Shown piece after piece: positions 24,437-37,781 of a stretch of 64,000 nt of DNA; within the stretch, counting starts at the first letter, position 1, and every line of letters starts with the position of its first letter. Where the stretch lies: NCBI GenBank assembly GCA_030770535.1, contig JASVEC010000023.1, forward strand, positions 62,001-126,000. Reading direction: 5' to 3'. The translations under genes and the position numbers were made by a program. Source of the DNA: Batkoa obscura. Lineage: Eukaryota. Below the pieces are notes generated by a model that made no database searches, had not been told where the DNA came from, and was given only the letters and a program-made list of their open reading frames with translations.

Positions 24437-26009
24437 ATGGAAAGTAAAGGATTGGAAGATAAACAAAGGGATAGTGAAGGAGAGTTAATAAATGAACAAG
24501 AAAGTAGTTATGATAAAGAAGAGCTAAGGGATGATGATGATGACTTAAGCGAGAGTTTAAAAAGCAAAAAAAGTAGACGATTAACATTAACATTTAATCG
24601 ACCAAAAGGGCGTTTACCAAATGGTTTAGTAAATCAAAGTTTCACTACCAATGTAACCAATTTCGCGTTCGAGGATAAGCATTTGATTTTCAATATACTT
24701 GATACAAAAAATGAAGAGCTATCCGAGGAAACCTTAAAAATGAAAGAAAGATTGGATAACGTCACTTTATTAAATCAGCAAATTATTAAATTTAATACAC
24801 ATTTCTCTTCATTCCTTCAAAGCTTACAGTTTAATAGTTATTGTAACGATTATTATGAGGTAAATAACAGGGTTATTATTGTGAATTTATTAGTTAATAT
24901 TTTTTACATTAGAAACCTAATGAAGCTACATTTCGTAAATACATATTTAATTTAATTTTAATGGTCTTTATTCAATTATCTAGGTTTCCAAAGTATAAGA
25001 CAGAATACCGAGACCAGTGAAGTAGATGCAGAAGCCACCTCACCTAATTTGGAACAAGTGGATATTGAGCCAGAGGGTATAATAAAGCTACCAACAGTGG
25101 AAGAAAAAGAAAAGGAAAGATTAATTCAAAAAGAAAGAGAAAAAGAAAAAGAAAAAGAAAAAGAAAAAGAAAGAGAAGCCCAAGAAAAAGAAAAAGAAAA
25201 AGAAAAAGAAAAAGAAAAAGAAAAAGAAAAAGAAAAAGAAAAAGAAAAAGAAAAAGAAGCTGCTATTAAAGAACGACGACAATCTATTAAAACTCCAATC
25301 CTTAAAAACAGTAGCAGAAAAAGTATAAGAACTTCAATTAATTCTAAGAAAGCATCACCATTGCCATTGAATTCAACAACATCTCCAAATGTTGCTGATA
25401 GAAGAAAAACAGTAAAGAATGTTAAAATGGATACTTTATCACCACATAAAAGTATTAAGAAAAGGAAGTTACCAACCAAACCATTGACATATGCAATGAG
25501 AAAGGTAAGCTATTAGTGCGGGTTATTGTTTACTATGGAGATGAAGCTAACTGGGCTTACTTTAGAAAAGGTCTAAATTGGATTTTGAAAAGATACTATC
25601 CTCACTACCTATTGAATATAGGGAAGCGGTAGGATTTAATTTTTTTATTCATTTATTTTTTTTTATCTTTTTTTTAGCCCATTAATCAACATATTAGTGA
25701 AATATTGATGTATTTAGAAACAAATGACGAAGGAGCGTAAGTTAATTAAATTATACTTTTATCATTATAGTGCTTAATAGTATATTTATATATAGCACCA
25801 AAAAACAATTAGCAACTCATTTTAAATACCCAGAAGTTAAAGTACATGCTTATCTAAATACCTTAATGCTTAAAGGTTATATTAGTAAAGTAGTTGGTTC
25901 AGATAAGGTAATGATTTTTTCTGAAAAATCACATTTTTTTAAGGTTGACTTTTTATTATAGAATATTCGTTTCTTTTTAGATGCTGTTCATCTGGTTAAG
26001 ATTAAGTAA
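24437..26009 (+). CDS. DAM1: DASH complex Dam1-domain protein with EK repeat and C-terminal winged-helix-like extension, 6 exons
   Basis: ELSEETLKMKERLDNVTLLNQQIIKFNTHFSSFLQSLQFNSYCNDYYE matches the Dam1 pattern (ELS...F...F.SFL..L..N..C.D..E); exons about 24437-24859, 24984-25504, 25566-25628, 25678-25736, 25796-25907, 25962-26009. Confidence 0.7.
25100..25258 (+). repeat. (GAAAAA)n coding microsatellite encoding (EK)n
   Basis: Read directly from the sequence. Confidence 0.95.
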
Positions 26010-26642
26010 GAACGATTATTTTTTAGTTTGATTTAGGTTTTGATATTGATTAACTATTATTAGGGCTTTAACTTCCATTTAAATTAAAAGAAGATGCTAT
26101 TGAATTTTGTTTATTACTGTTGCTTAATTACTAGAACATTGCTAATTAAAGTTCCTAATCAAATTCAATCCCTTGTTGGAAAAAAAGTAACTGTTTTTTA
26201 TAATAAAGATAGGTTGGTTTAAACCCAAAGTTCAAACTTTTGAGTTTAATTTTCTATAAAGGTTTTAAAATTGCATACAGTATACAGCTATAATAACTCT
26301 ATTGTGACCTATTTAATTGTTTACTTAAGAACAAAGTTTGTTAAAATTGCTTTAAAATCTAAAAATCAAGCTTTAAGAAACCAAACAAACAAACAACTAG
26401 GCATAAAAATCATCGCAAATTATATTGTAATAGATTCACAGGATTTTATAAAATTTAACACTTGAGGGCTATTGCTATTTCAAGAGCTTAAAAAAATGCC
26501 TACTAAAGTTCAACCTTGACTGTAAGTAAAGATAACAACACTTCAATAAAACTCAATCTGTTCTTATGAAAGCTTATTCAAAGTACAAGAAAATGTAGTA
26601 CTTTGTTTAAAAATAATGATAAATTTTTTTATCTAAACATAT

Positions 26643-26741
26643 GGGGATGTATTTTTGTATTTAAGAATCTTACTAACAAAATTTCCACTTAAATAGCACT
26701 TAAAAAATGGAAAAAATAATGAAGTCAAAAAAGACACTCCC
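26643..26741 (+). mobile_element. MITE copy 7
   Basis: GGGGATGT...ACACTCCC, ATAT/ATAT flanks. Confidence 0.9.
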
Positions 26742-27282
26742 ATATACTATTCAATGCAGCTATTAAGAAAAGGCGCTTTATTATTAAAGTGAATAAAATT
26801 TTAATTCAAATCTCTAACAGTATCAAAAACACTTATTAAGATAAAGATATGTGATTTTAATTTCATTTATTTAAAATTACTTTTTTATTTAACTAATATG
26901 AATGTGGTACTTTATTTAAACTTCCGATCTTTTTAATGTTAAGTATATAGCCGATATTGCAATAAGCTGTTAAAGAATGACTTAAAAATAAATGTAAATT
27001 TATAAAACAAACTTTTAAATTTGAATAAAACAATAAAAAATGGCATAAGATTTTTTAATTTAAATAAATTAAAAAGTTTATTAAAAAATTTACTAAAAAA
27101 AATTATCAAAAGTTTTTAACAGTTTTGTTATTTTTTTAGTAATATAAAATAATATATTAATTATAAAAATTACAAATTAATCTATTTAATAATTAATAAA
27201 ATAACACAACTTTTAATACCTAAAACCTGCTTATTTTACATTAGTTATAAAAAGCTATAAATTAAAAGCTAAAAATATGTAT

Positions 27283-27376
27283 GGGGATATTTTTTTACGT
27301 TCAAGATTTTACTAATTTTTCCGCTCAAATAAGTGTTAAAAGGTGGAAAAAGTAATGAAGCCAAAAAAACACTCCC
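27283..27376 (+). mobile_element. MITE copy 8
   Basis: GGGGATAT...ACACTCCC, GTAT/ATAT flanks. Confidence 0.9.
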
Positions 27377-27413
27377 ATATATTATTATCTAAAACCTAAT
27401 TATATAAATATAT

Positions 27414-27509
27414 GAGAATATTTTTTTGATTTCATCACTTTTTCCATTTTTCAAGTGGTTTGAGTAGAATGATTGTTAGTAAAACTCTTAAACAAAAAAA
27501 TACATCCCC
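27414..27509 (-). mobile_element. MITE copy 9
   Basis: GAGAATAT...ACATCCCC, ATAT/ATAT flanks; inverted relative to copy 8. Confidence 0.9.
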
Positions 27510-27626
27510 ATATACTTGCTTTAAATTTGAAAATTAAGAAATTTTCATATTTGTAACCAATTCACATAAATCTAACAAACTTGAATTTTCAATCTTGTCT
27601 TTCTTTTTTAATCCAAGTCCGCAACA

Positions 27627-28963
27627 ATGAATCATCAGAATAATGAAGAATTAGAAACAGATAAAAGTGGAAAAATAGAAACCATAGCTAATGAAGTAGC
27701 TCAACATTATAACTCACGTCCTGATTTAGGTTTACAAAAACGTAAAGAGTCAGTGATATTAAATTTACGTAGTTATAACAACTGGGTCAAGTCGATATTG
27801 ATCAATAAATACGTCCAAAAAAATAGTGTTGTATTAGATATTGGGTGCGGGAAAGGTGGCGACTTATTAAAATTTGGTAAAAAAGGAATCAAAAATTATA
27901 TTGGAGCAGGTAAGCTTTAATACCTTTTTTAAAATTTTGTATTGAAAATGAAAGATTAATGAGATGATCAACTTTAGATATTGCTTCAGTATCAATTGAA
28001 CAAGCTCGAGAACGATATAATAGTATGAGATATAAAGATTTTCCAGCTCAGTTTTTTGTACATGATTGTTATGGAGTAAGGCTTTATCATCTCTTTTTTC
28101 TATCTGAAAATGAAACTAATATGATTAATATTTATACAGAAACTACTAAAACCTATCTTACCTTCAAACTTTTCAGCAGATGCTATTAGTATGCAATTTT
28201 GTATGCATTATGCTTTTGAAACGGAAGAAAAAGTGAGAATGATGTTGACAAATGTTTCTCAAAATTTAAATAAAGGTGGCCATTTTTTTGCTACAATACC
28301 AAACTCAAATTGGATTGTGTAAGTTTATTTTTATATTAATATTATTATTGTATGTATTATTTTAAATTGAGTTAAGATTGGAGAATAGATTTTAAATTAA
28401 AATGGATTAAAATTAATTTTATTTTTAATAGAAAAAAGATAAAAAACAGTAATAATTTAGAATTTGGTAATAAAGTTTATAAAATAAGATTTGAAACCAA
28501 GGATTTATTTACAATCTATGGACACAAATACTATTTTGAATTACAAGATGCAATTGAAGATTGCCCAGAATATTTGGTTCATTTCCCAACATTTGAAAAG
28601 TAAGTTAGTTATTCAGATCTCTCATATTCATCCACGTAGATTAAAGGAAATCGGACTTGAAATTTAAATCAAAATAACATCTTATTATTAATTTCTATTT
28701 TTTTAGATTAGCTAGGGAATATGGTTTAAAGTTAATATTTAAAATGGATTTTCATAATATTTATAAAAATTTCTCTAATGTTAATTATTATAATGAATTA
28801 TTATATCGTATGAATGTCATATCGGAAGATACTACTTCTATTGCTTATGATTTTGATAGCAATCAATGGGAAGCTTGTGGTAAATAGCTTTGGTTTTGAT
28901 TATGTTTTATTTTAATAATTATCTTTAGGTATTTATCTTGCAGTTGCATTTGAGAGAGTTTAA
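27627..28963 (+). CDS. ABD1: mRNA cap guanine-N7 methyltransferase, ~6 exons
   Basis: VAQHYN, LRSYNNWVKSILI, VLDIGCGKGGDLLK, SMQFCMHYAFE, DCPEYLVHF. Confidence 0.97.
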
Positions 28964-29370
28964 AAGGAATACGAGATATAGATGAGAATGTGTTAAATAA
29001 TACTGAAAGTGTGTGTCTTAAAAGAAATGAATGCCCTGTAATTGGTCATTGATCTGACAATAAATAAATAGTTACTATTTTCTGTTTAAACATTGTCTTA
29101 ATTTTTTTATCTAATGAATTACTAAATTTAGTAATTTTCATAATTCTATTTCATGGATTAATTTTAGTTATTGTATTTTTAATTTATTGATTGTTCTTTG
29201 AAGAAAGTTGAATTTATAAAAATTCAATTTGAAATTTAAAATATTTCATAGTTTTTTTAAATATTTTAAAAATGAATAGTAAACAATTAATAAATGATTT
29301 AAATAATTCCACTGAATCATAGAACCTTTTAGATCAAAATTCTGATAGCCCTGAAATAGAACATATTGGT

Positions 29371-30689
29371 ATGACACCATATCGAGATAATGACGTACAG
29401 AGAGAGGAAACAATTGAACCTAATCGAAATTCAACATCCACCATCTCTTCTGATGAGGACATTGAAGACTCAACTTTAGGCTATAAAAATCAATTTACAG
29501 GTGAATATATACCCAATTATTTAGTAACTACGAATAAAGAATTAGCTGGTTTTTATGCTATTGGAATATCCGTAAGTATTGTTTTATCTTTTATCTTATT
29601 TCCCAACAAAGAAAAAAAAAAGAAATAATATAACACTTGAATTCTTTAACAATCTTTAACTCCGTTTTAATTTCTATAGAATAATCCTTATTTAATGATT
29701 GGACTGTCCTTAGCTATTCCCATATTATTAGAAACGTATGCAGCAAAAGCAGGTCTTAATATAGATGGTAAAACAGCTTGTGATACTAGTAAAATTGGAT
29801 ATCAATGTATTTTACCAATTGCTGGATTTTATATTACATCTTCAGCCTTTTCTTTGTTTACAATGGCCTTATCTGTCTTATTACAAGCCATATTTTTCAT
29901 TGCACTTTCTTCATTGGCAGATTATGGAAGTAAGTTTGTTATTATTATTATTTTATAAACTAATTTCATAAATTAATTTTATTAGATTATCGTAAATCTC
30001 TTTTATTACTTTCTAGTTTTATTGGTAGTATTTCAATGATATTACTCTCTTTTATTACTAGCTTTAAATTATATTGGCTATTAGCTGTATTATCTATTAT
30101 ATGTAATGTAAGTTATGGGGTATCAACTGTGTTTTTTTATGCTTATATAACTACGTTAACAAGATTTCATCCAAAAACAGTAGCTGCATTAGCTATTGGA
30201 GATCAAAATCATTATTTAAAAGTCAAAGATGAAGTAGCAAATAGTATTTCTAGTAAAGTTAGTATTTATGGATTTGTATCTTCTTTTATTACTATGTTAT
30301 TATGTGGTATGCTAGTAGTTGTTTATTATAATGAAAAGAAAGCAGAAACACAAATTTATTTGTTAAAAATAATTTGTTTAATTTGTGGGATCTTATGGTT
30401 AATAGGAATATTATTTCAATTAATCTTACTAAAAAAAAGAGAAGGTGGAAAGATACCTAAAGATCAAAATATTATATTATTTTCTTTTAGTGAATTAGTT
30501 AATACAATGAAACAAGTTAAAAAATTACCTAATACTTTTTTTTATCTTTTATCTTGGATGTTATTATCAGATGCTACTTCTTCTATTGGTATGGTTGGTA
30601 TTTTATTTTCTAAAGTAGAATTAGGTATGAATATTAAACAATTAATGTTTATTATTATATTAGTTTCATTATGTGGAATTATTGGTAAG

Positions 30690-30743
<54 letters not shown>

Positions 30744-31574
30744 AATATTATAATATATTAATATATTAATCTATTTAATATTAAATTAGGTATTTATTTA
30801 TGGCTATTTATACAAAGAATATTTGAATTAAGAACAAAAACAATGTTAATAATAATTACTAGTTTATATATATTATTGCCACTATATGGTATTATAGGAA
30901 TATTCACAGATAAATTTGGATTACATTATCAAAATGAAGCCATAATATTTTCCTCTTTTTATGGGTTCTTATCTGGAGCCTTAAATTCATACTCAAGAGT
31001 TCAATATTCAGAGTTAATCCCATTAAATCGAGAAAATCAATTTTTCGGATTATATGAAATAACAGATAACGGATCTTCTTGGATTGGTCCATTTATTATT
31101 GGCATTATTTCATCTCAAACTAATAATTTAAGATTTGGTTTTCTATTTATATTACCAATGTTATTATTATCGATTACTTTATTGTTATTTGTTAATATCA
31201 ATAAGGGGATTGATGATGTCTTGTATTTTTCAAATCAAGATAGTTATCTTCAATTAAATGATAATGATTATATATTAAATAATAACAATAATATGAATCA
31301 TATGAATAACAATGAAGAGGATATAAATAATAATAATACGAATTATACAAATAATAATCAAAATTCATATTCTTTATGGGATCAAGAAGATAATGATCCC
31401 GATTTTTATGAACCTAATAATTTTAATTTATCAATTTATAAACACCCAAATAATAATGATAATAATAATGATAATTCAAATAAATTAGACAATAATGATA
31501 GTATTATAAATAATCCGAGTGAATTAGAACACAATACAATAATCGATCCTTGGAAAAATAATCAATTAAAATAA
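29371..31574 (+). CDS. ATG22: Atg22-like vacuolar MFS amino-acid effluxer, 4 exons
   Basis: TTNKELAGFY, SVLLQAIFFIALSSLADYG, YLLSWMLLSDA, SRVQYSELIP..RENQFFGLYEITDNGSSWIGP. Confidence 0.9.
30691..30741. repeat. (ATT)n microsatellite in ATG22 intron 3
   Basis: Read directly; begins just after the GTAAGT donor. Confidence 0.95.
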
Positions 31575-31668
31575 AAATAAAAAGTATTCAATTTTATAAT
31601 AATAATAATAGTAATAATAATACTATTATTATTATATTCTTTTATTAATATTTTATTATATTCTGTTT

Positions 31669-33317
31669 TTAAATAAACCTTTCCATATTTTGATTATTTA
31701 ATTTATAACCATTACTAAAATTAATAATATCCATTTTATTTTTATTAATTAATTTAATATTATTAACTAATAAATAATGTTTAGGTAAACATTTTATATA
31801 TAATAAATTCTTTTTCTTATCAATTTTAAAACTACCTATTATTTCTTCTGTATAATTGTTATTCATATTATTGTTCTCTTCTATTTTTTCTATTGGCTGT
31901 TTTTCATTGATATATAGTTGAATTGTTTGTCCTCGAAAGGTAGTATGTAACGGAAACTAATGAAGAATAAAAAAGTTAATATTTTGGATTTATGTTATCA
32001 TGCTAACAATTTACTCTCCAACCTAATGTTCTTTCTTTAAGTAATATATCTTCAATTGTATTCAATTCCCAATTAATCTTCATAATTTCTTTATCTACTT
32101 TATTAGCTTTGCTGACCTTAGTTTCATCTTGTGAATATTTTGATTCCTAGATGATAAAATAAAACAAAATAAAATAATAAAAAAAGCAATAATATATAAA
32201 ATAATAACTTACTTGTAATGAATACCAATTTTTTAAAGTATTGATTATTAATTCTCCACCCCGAATACTCATCTTTTTTTCTAATTCTTGGTATTTTATA
32301 TCTTTAGGAATTCTCTATTAATAATAAGCAATTACTTCATTATTATTGTTATCATTATGCCATAAATATTACTATTTCTTCTTGTAAAAGTATTTTCCCT
32401 GCATCAAATTTTAAATGAGATAATTCTTGTACAGAGAGTCCACCAATTTCATCTTGATTTAACATAGTATGTATCAAAGGAGCAGAACCACGATATCTAA
32501 AATAGAAAAAAATTAGAAAACTCATTAATATCTATATCAAATTGTGTATTTCCTTTCAATTAAATAAAAAAAACTTAATATCATTTATGACAAATAATTT
32601 CTCTTATAAATCATTTTACATCTATTTTTAACTTACTTTGGTAACAGTGAAGGGTGTAAATTGATACCACCAAAATTGAATTGATTTAATAAACTAGTAG
32701 GTAAAAAATAACCAAAAGAAACTACAATGGCTAAATTATTTTTTTTTAAATCTAAATCTGGTTGCCATAATCCAATTTTTTTTGGTGGGGGATGAGATAC
32801 AAATAAATCTTGTTCTAAAGAATATTGTTTCAATGGAGCTAAAAAAGAGAATGAAAAATTGATTTTATGAGTTTAAATAGAATTATAAATAGTTGAGTTT
32901 TAGAATTAACTTACTTGGTTTTAATATTTTATAACCACGTCCTGATTTACCATCGGGTGGAGTGACTACTTGAATTGAATTGATATATAAATCACTGGAA
33001 GAATCAACTATTTGTAACGAAGATATTATTATAAATATAAAGAGTAAAAATAAATAGAACAACTTACTCTTATTTTGTATTTGTTTTTGATGAAGTAAAG
33101 CTTTAATACTTTCGATACTAAAGTTATCGGTTCCAAAGAAAGTAATGTTTACTGGGGTTGGCTAAAGAATACAAGATCTTAATTGAAAATTAATTGATAA
33201 CAGTAAATACTTTTTACTTACAATATTATTTTTTATTGAGGTAGAATAATAATTGCTATAAAATCTTAATTTAGCTGGAAATAGAATAGTTAATCGAGGA
33301 TGTTTTAATGATAACAT
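31669..33317 (-). CDS. FMT1: Mitochondrial methionyl-tRNA formyltransferase, multi-exon
   Basis: ITFFGTDNFS, VVTPPDGKSGRG, IVVSFGYFLP, GINLHPSLLPKYRGSAPL, FDAGKILLQ. Confidence 0.92.
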
Positions 33318-33423
33318 AATAGAATTTTAAAATAAAATTCAAAATTTTAAGTTTTTAAAGCTTTATACTTTTATCTTTTTTTCTGATTTTTAAAAAAAAT
33401 TCAATTTGATTAAATAAATAAAC

Positions 33424-35006
33424 ATGTGTGATGTTAATCAAGAAGATTTAATGGTACCTAAGGGTAAACTTAAAGAATGATAGAATACAATGATGAAATA
33501 AACTTATTACCCTTAACCTTATAGAATTCGTCAAACCAAAGGATCAAAATTGCATCAAATGTAAAACGGAAAAAAGTTCTTTAATTGTAAGAAATATACG
33601 TTATTGTAAGTAAGTACACATATAAACTTTAATATAGACAATGGTTTAATACTAACTATTAATTCTTAACTAGATCTTGTTTCTTATATAATTTTGAAGG
33701 TAAATTCCGAAGTATATTAAATCGAACCCGTTCCATCAATGATAAAAATTGTCAAAATATGTTATTAGCTTTTTCAGGAGGTATATCTTCAAGGTAAATT
33801 AAACTTTAATTATTGTAATAAAATTAAAATTGTTGGTTTATCTAGAGCTATGTTACAATTAGTTAAAAATTTTACTACTCCACATAATAAATATGGTAAT
33901 ATTTTAGTTTGTCATATTGATGAATCCATAGTCTTAGATAATTGTGTAAGTCTTTTATCTCTTCCACTGTCCACTAAAAATTCATTGATACTAACCAAAT
34001 CAAATTACTAGAATAATAATGTCAATGAACTTGAATCCATTGTTCAAGGGTATAATTTTGAATATAAAAAAATTAATTTAGAATCCATTTACCAACAAGA
34101 TGAGAATGAGAATAAGAGAAGATTACTTGAACTACTTAACAGTTTAAGTAATTTAACTGAAAAAGAAGATTTAATTCAAAATTTGAAACATACTTTATTA
34201 GTGCAAATAGCAAAAGAATCAAAGTAATACATAGTTATATATATTAATAATAATCAAACATTAATATTACTTAATATTAATTTAGTTCTTCTATGTTGTT
34301 ATTGGGTGACTCTTCTACAACAATTGCTATTAAAACTATTGCATTAACATCTAAAGGTCGTGGTTTTTCATTACCATTTGAAATAGCAACGGAATCCAAT
34401 TGTTATCAAGGTAAGTTCATTATGATCTCTTTTATCTACTTTTCTCACTAACTCATCTCTGTCTTCTTAGGGGTTACTTTAATTCGTCCAATGAGAGATA
34501 GCATTAACAAAGAAATAGCTATGTTTAATTATTTCAATCAATTAAGTACTCCTTGGTTATCAACAATTTATACTAAAAAACCTGGACGATCCAGTATTTT
34601 TCGATTAACGGAAGAATTTATTATTAATTTAGATAATGGATTTCCATCCACAGTATCGACTATTGTTAGAACAGCTAATAAATTGACACCTAGTAGTAAA
34701 GTAGATGCGAAAAAATGGTGTTTATTGTGTTTAAAGTAAGTTTTATTTGCTCCATTAGTTTAATAAAGTGCATGTTTATTTTGGCTTTTGTTTAGTCCAG
34801 CGGAAAAGGATATTGTTCAATGGAAAAATAAAGTAATGTTGAAAAAGTTGGACCAAATCGGAGACCAAAAGGAAGAGATAATGGATGAAGATGGTATTAA
34901 TCAATATTTTTGTTATGGCTGTACTACTATTTGTGAGAAATTTGAACAAGAAAAATTACCTAATTATGTTATAGAAGGGATGGAGAGATTGAAACAAAAC
35001 AACTGA
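33424..35006 (+). CDS. CTU2: Cytoplasmic tRNA 2-thiolation protein 2 (Ncs2/CTU2), multi-exon
   Basis: CIKCK, LLAFSGGISSRAM, LLGDSSTTIAIKTIALTSKGRG, IRPMRD, FPSTVSTIVRTANKL, CYGC. Confidence 0.93.
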
Positions 35007-35165
35007 GATTGGGGATAGGTTTTATAGAAGAATAAAAGAAAGAAGAGATGATTTTTTTATAGATAGAATGTAAGTGAAGGGTTTTTTTATTATTATTGAA
35101 ATAAAAAAAATATAAAGATATTAATTTCATTTTTATTCTTGTTTTTTTAAATAATATGTTGAATT

Positions 35166-35775
35166 TTAATAGTCATTATAGTATAGTTGATAATTAAATA
35201 ATCGTTCTTTTGATATTGGACTTAATAAAAATGTTTTACCTTTTAAAGCAGTTCGATAAATACATTCTATTAAATCAATCAAATCTTGTTTTTCTTTTAA
35301 TGTGCCAATAAGTTTGGAATGATCTGGTAAACTAGAAAAAAAAGCAAAAGACATAGATTAGTACACTTGAAACGATATATTTGATCTAAGCAATGGTGCT
35401 TTACCCATAATCTATTTTGATATGATGACCATTAAAAAAGAAGATTGTAGATGGAATATAATTTATATCAAAATAATTTAAATAAGTTTGAAAAGTTTCA
35501 TTCTCTTTATCCAGTTCTAATTCAATTGTAAATATTACTGCCATATTACTTAAGTTAATCACACTTTTTGATAACTATTAAAAGTAAAGGGGGAATTTAA
35601 TTAAATATTAGTATTTTTAGAAATGGAGGATTAGTAAATGAAAAGTTACTATATTATCTAAATGCATACAAGTGGAATCAAATTGATTTCCAAATCTTAA
35701 TATTAATACTTTATTCACTGTTTCTTGAATTACTCGACTTAATTGTGCTTCATCACAGATCCTTGGTAAGTCCAT
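35166..35775 (-). CDS. TXNL4B: Dim1-family thioredoxin-like protein, TXNL4B/Dim2 type, 3 exons
   Basis: KVLILRFG...CMHLDNIL; YFDINYIPSTIFFFNGHHIKIDYG.PDHSK; KQDLIDLIECIYR...SPI. Confidence 0.85.
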
Positions 35776-36257
35776 TTTAAGTTATTGTTTCTAAAAAGTT
35801 AATGAGTTAATTTCATTATTATTATTTTTTTGCAAAAATTAAGTTTGATGAAATTGATTTTTTCATGTCAATTTTAGTCTCAATTTTTATTTTAAAAATT
35901 CCAATCTTTAAAATCATTTTCATGTTCCAAGAAATCAATATTACTTTAGCATTTATTTATTTTATAATAAAATTAAATGATGCTTTCAATGCATTATTAC
36001 CAACGTTTTACTATTAAAAAGGAGATTCTCATTTGTATTTTATTACATTAATATTTTATCAAATAACTGTTACTAAAACGTAATGGTCATGAATGAAAGA
36101 ATTCAATGAGGATAAATGTTGATTAAAATCAAAGATTTAATATAAGTGATTTTAGAGTGTAATAAATTTAGTAAAGAAATCAAAATAAAGATTCATTAAG
36201 TTTAAATTAAATAATTTTTCATTATTTATCTATATTATATAATAATCAATATATTTA

Positions 36258-37781
36258 TTATATAAAATCAAAAGGATCAAATTCAAACTCTTCTTGTTGA
36301 ACACCTTCAAATAACAACATATGACATGTGGATCGAATATCATTAAAATGTTTATAAGGGTTATATTTATCAATAATTTGACCACAAGAATAGCAGAAAT
36401 GAGTATCACAAACAGCACAAATCATATGATTACAACCATGTGATTTTTCAATACAAGTCAAACATTTAGGACAAGGTTGAGCATTGTTCAATTTCCAATT
36501 GTTAAATTGAAGATCTAATTCAAATTCTTTAGCAAATTTTTGCAAATTTTTTAATCCATATTTTAATTCTAATTGTGCTAATTCTAAATCATCCTGTTTT
36601 AATTTTGCTTCATGATATTGTTTACCAAGTTGATGATTTTTAGGTAATTCACAGTAAGTTAAACTACCATGCCATGTTCGTTTACAATAATGACAATAAG
36701 CATAATGACATTTAATACAAATACATAACTTTTCATTTTCTTCATTTCTTAACATTGGGGTATTACAATTTTCAATTGGACACCATGTACTTAACGGATC
36801 CATATCATACTTTTGTTTATTGAATAATTTTAAATATCTATTATAATCATCTTCACTTAATAATTCTCTTATATCTTCTAAATCTGGTCGATCTTCTTCT
36901 ATATTTATTTTACCTTGTTTTCGATTCATTCGACATTCTTCATGGGGACATAGTACAGAGTAAACTAATCCTTCTCGTATCATCATTTTAAAAAAATCCG
37001 ATAAACATTGTTTACAATAAACATGTGAACATTTTTTTAATGATATACTATCTCGTCCTCGTTTGATGTCCCAACAAATACCACAAGAATGCGGTATTAT
37101 ATTGAACTCTTTTTTTACTAAATAATAATCCCATTGTGTTATTATGTCTTTCATTATATTATTATTGATTTTATTTTGACTCATTTTTAAAATACTTTCA
37201 GGTATAAATTTAGCGATAAATTTATACTTTAAATAATCCAAATTAACTAAAAATATTAATATAAACTAAAAAAATAAAAGTAAAAAGTTTACCTTTACTG
37301 ATCGTTAAGCCATCTAAATAGTTTAAATATTCTAATAAATAATTTTGAATAAAATCAATATATATAAATAAAATCTATAAAAAAATTAATTTAATTTTTT
37401 CTTTATAATATAAATTATTAATTTACTTACTTCTGCTTTTTCTTCCTCCCATAAACATTTTAATTTGTCTTTAACTTTGTCATTATCTTCTTTACTTAAC
37501 CAAAAACAAATCAATTTAATACTTGGTGCTTCTTTCGGATATTTATCTCCTAACTCAAAACAAAGAAATATTGGTGGTAAGTACTTAACAAAAATAGTAT
37601 CTTGATTAAAATAAACTTTATAATTTGATTCTAATTGAATATTAATTTTTATTAAGCCAGAATGTTTATGAGTGAAATCTAACTGTTGATTTAATTCTTT
37701 GTCATTTAGTTGAATATCTGATTCATATATACTACTTAATGCTAATAATTCATTCTCAATAACTTCTTCAGTTTCATTCAT
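36258..37781 (-). CDS. RWD + RBR E3 ubiquitin ligase (RNF14/Itt1-like), 2 exons
   Basis: ENELLALSSIY, YLPPI (RWD); RING1 CGIC...CSHVYCKQC; IBR; RING2 CPKC...GCNHMIC..C.THFCY.C. Confidence 0.92.

Noticed and set aside
25126..25479. Antisense ORFs rich in F/S (also 43329-43535, 44224-44575, 51585-52121)
   Set aside because: Shadows of E/K-rich low-complexity coding sequence on the opposite strand
29320..29322. Stop-codon reassignment hypothesis from the in-frame TAG
   Set aside because: No internal TAA/TAG in the conserved exons I translated, and TAA, TAG and TGA all serve as normal stops here
30685..30761. Poly-Ile tail in ORF 30036-30761
   Set aside because: Read-through into an intron containing an (ATT)n microsatellite
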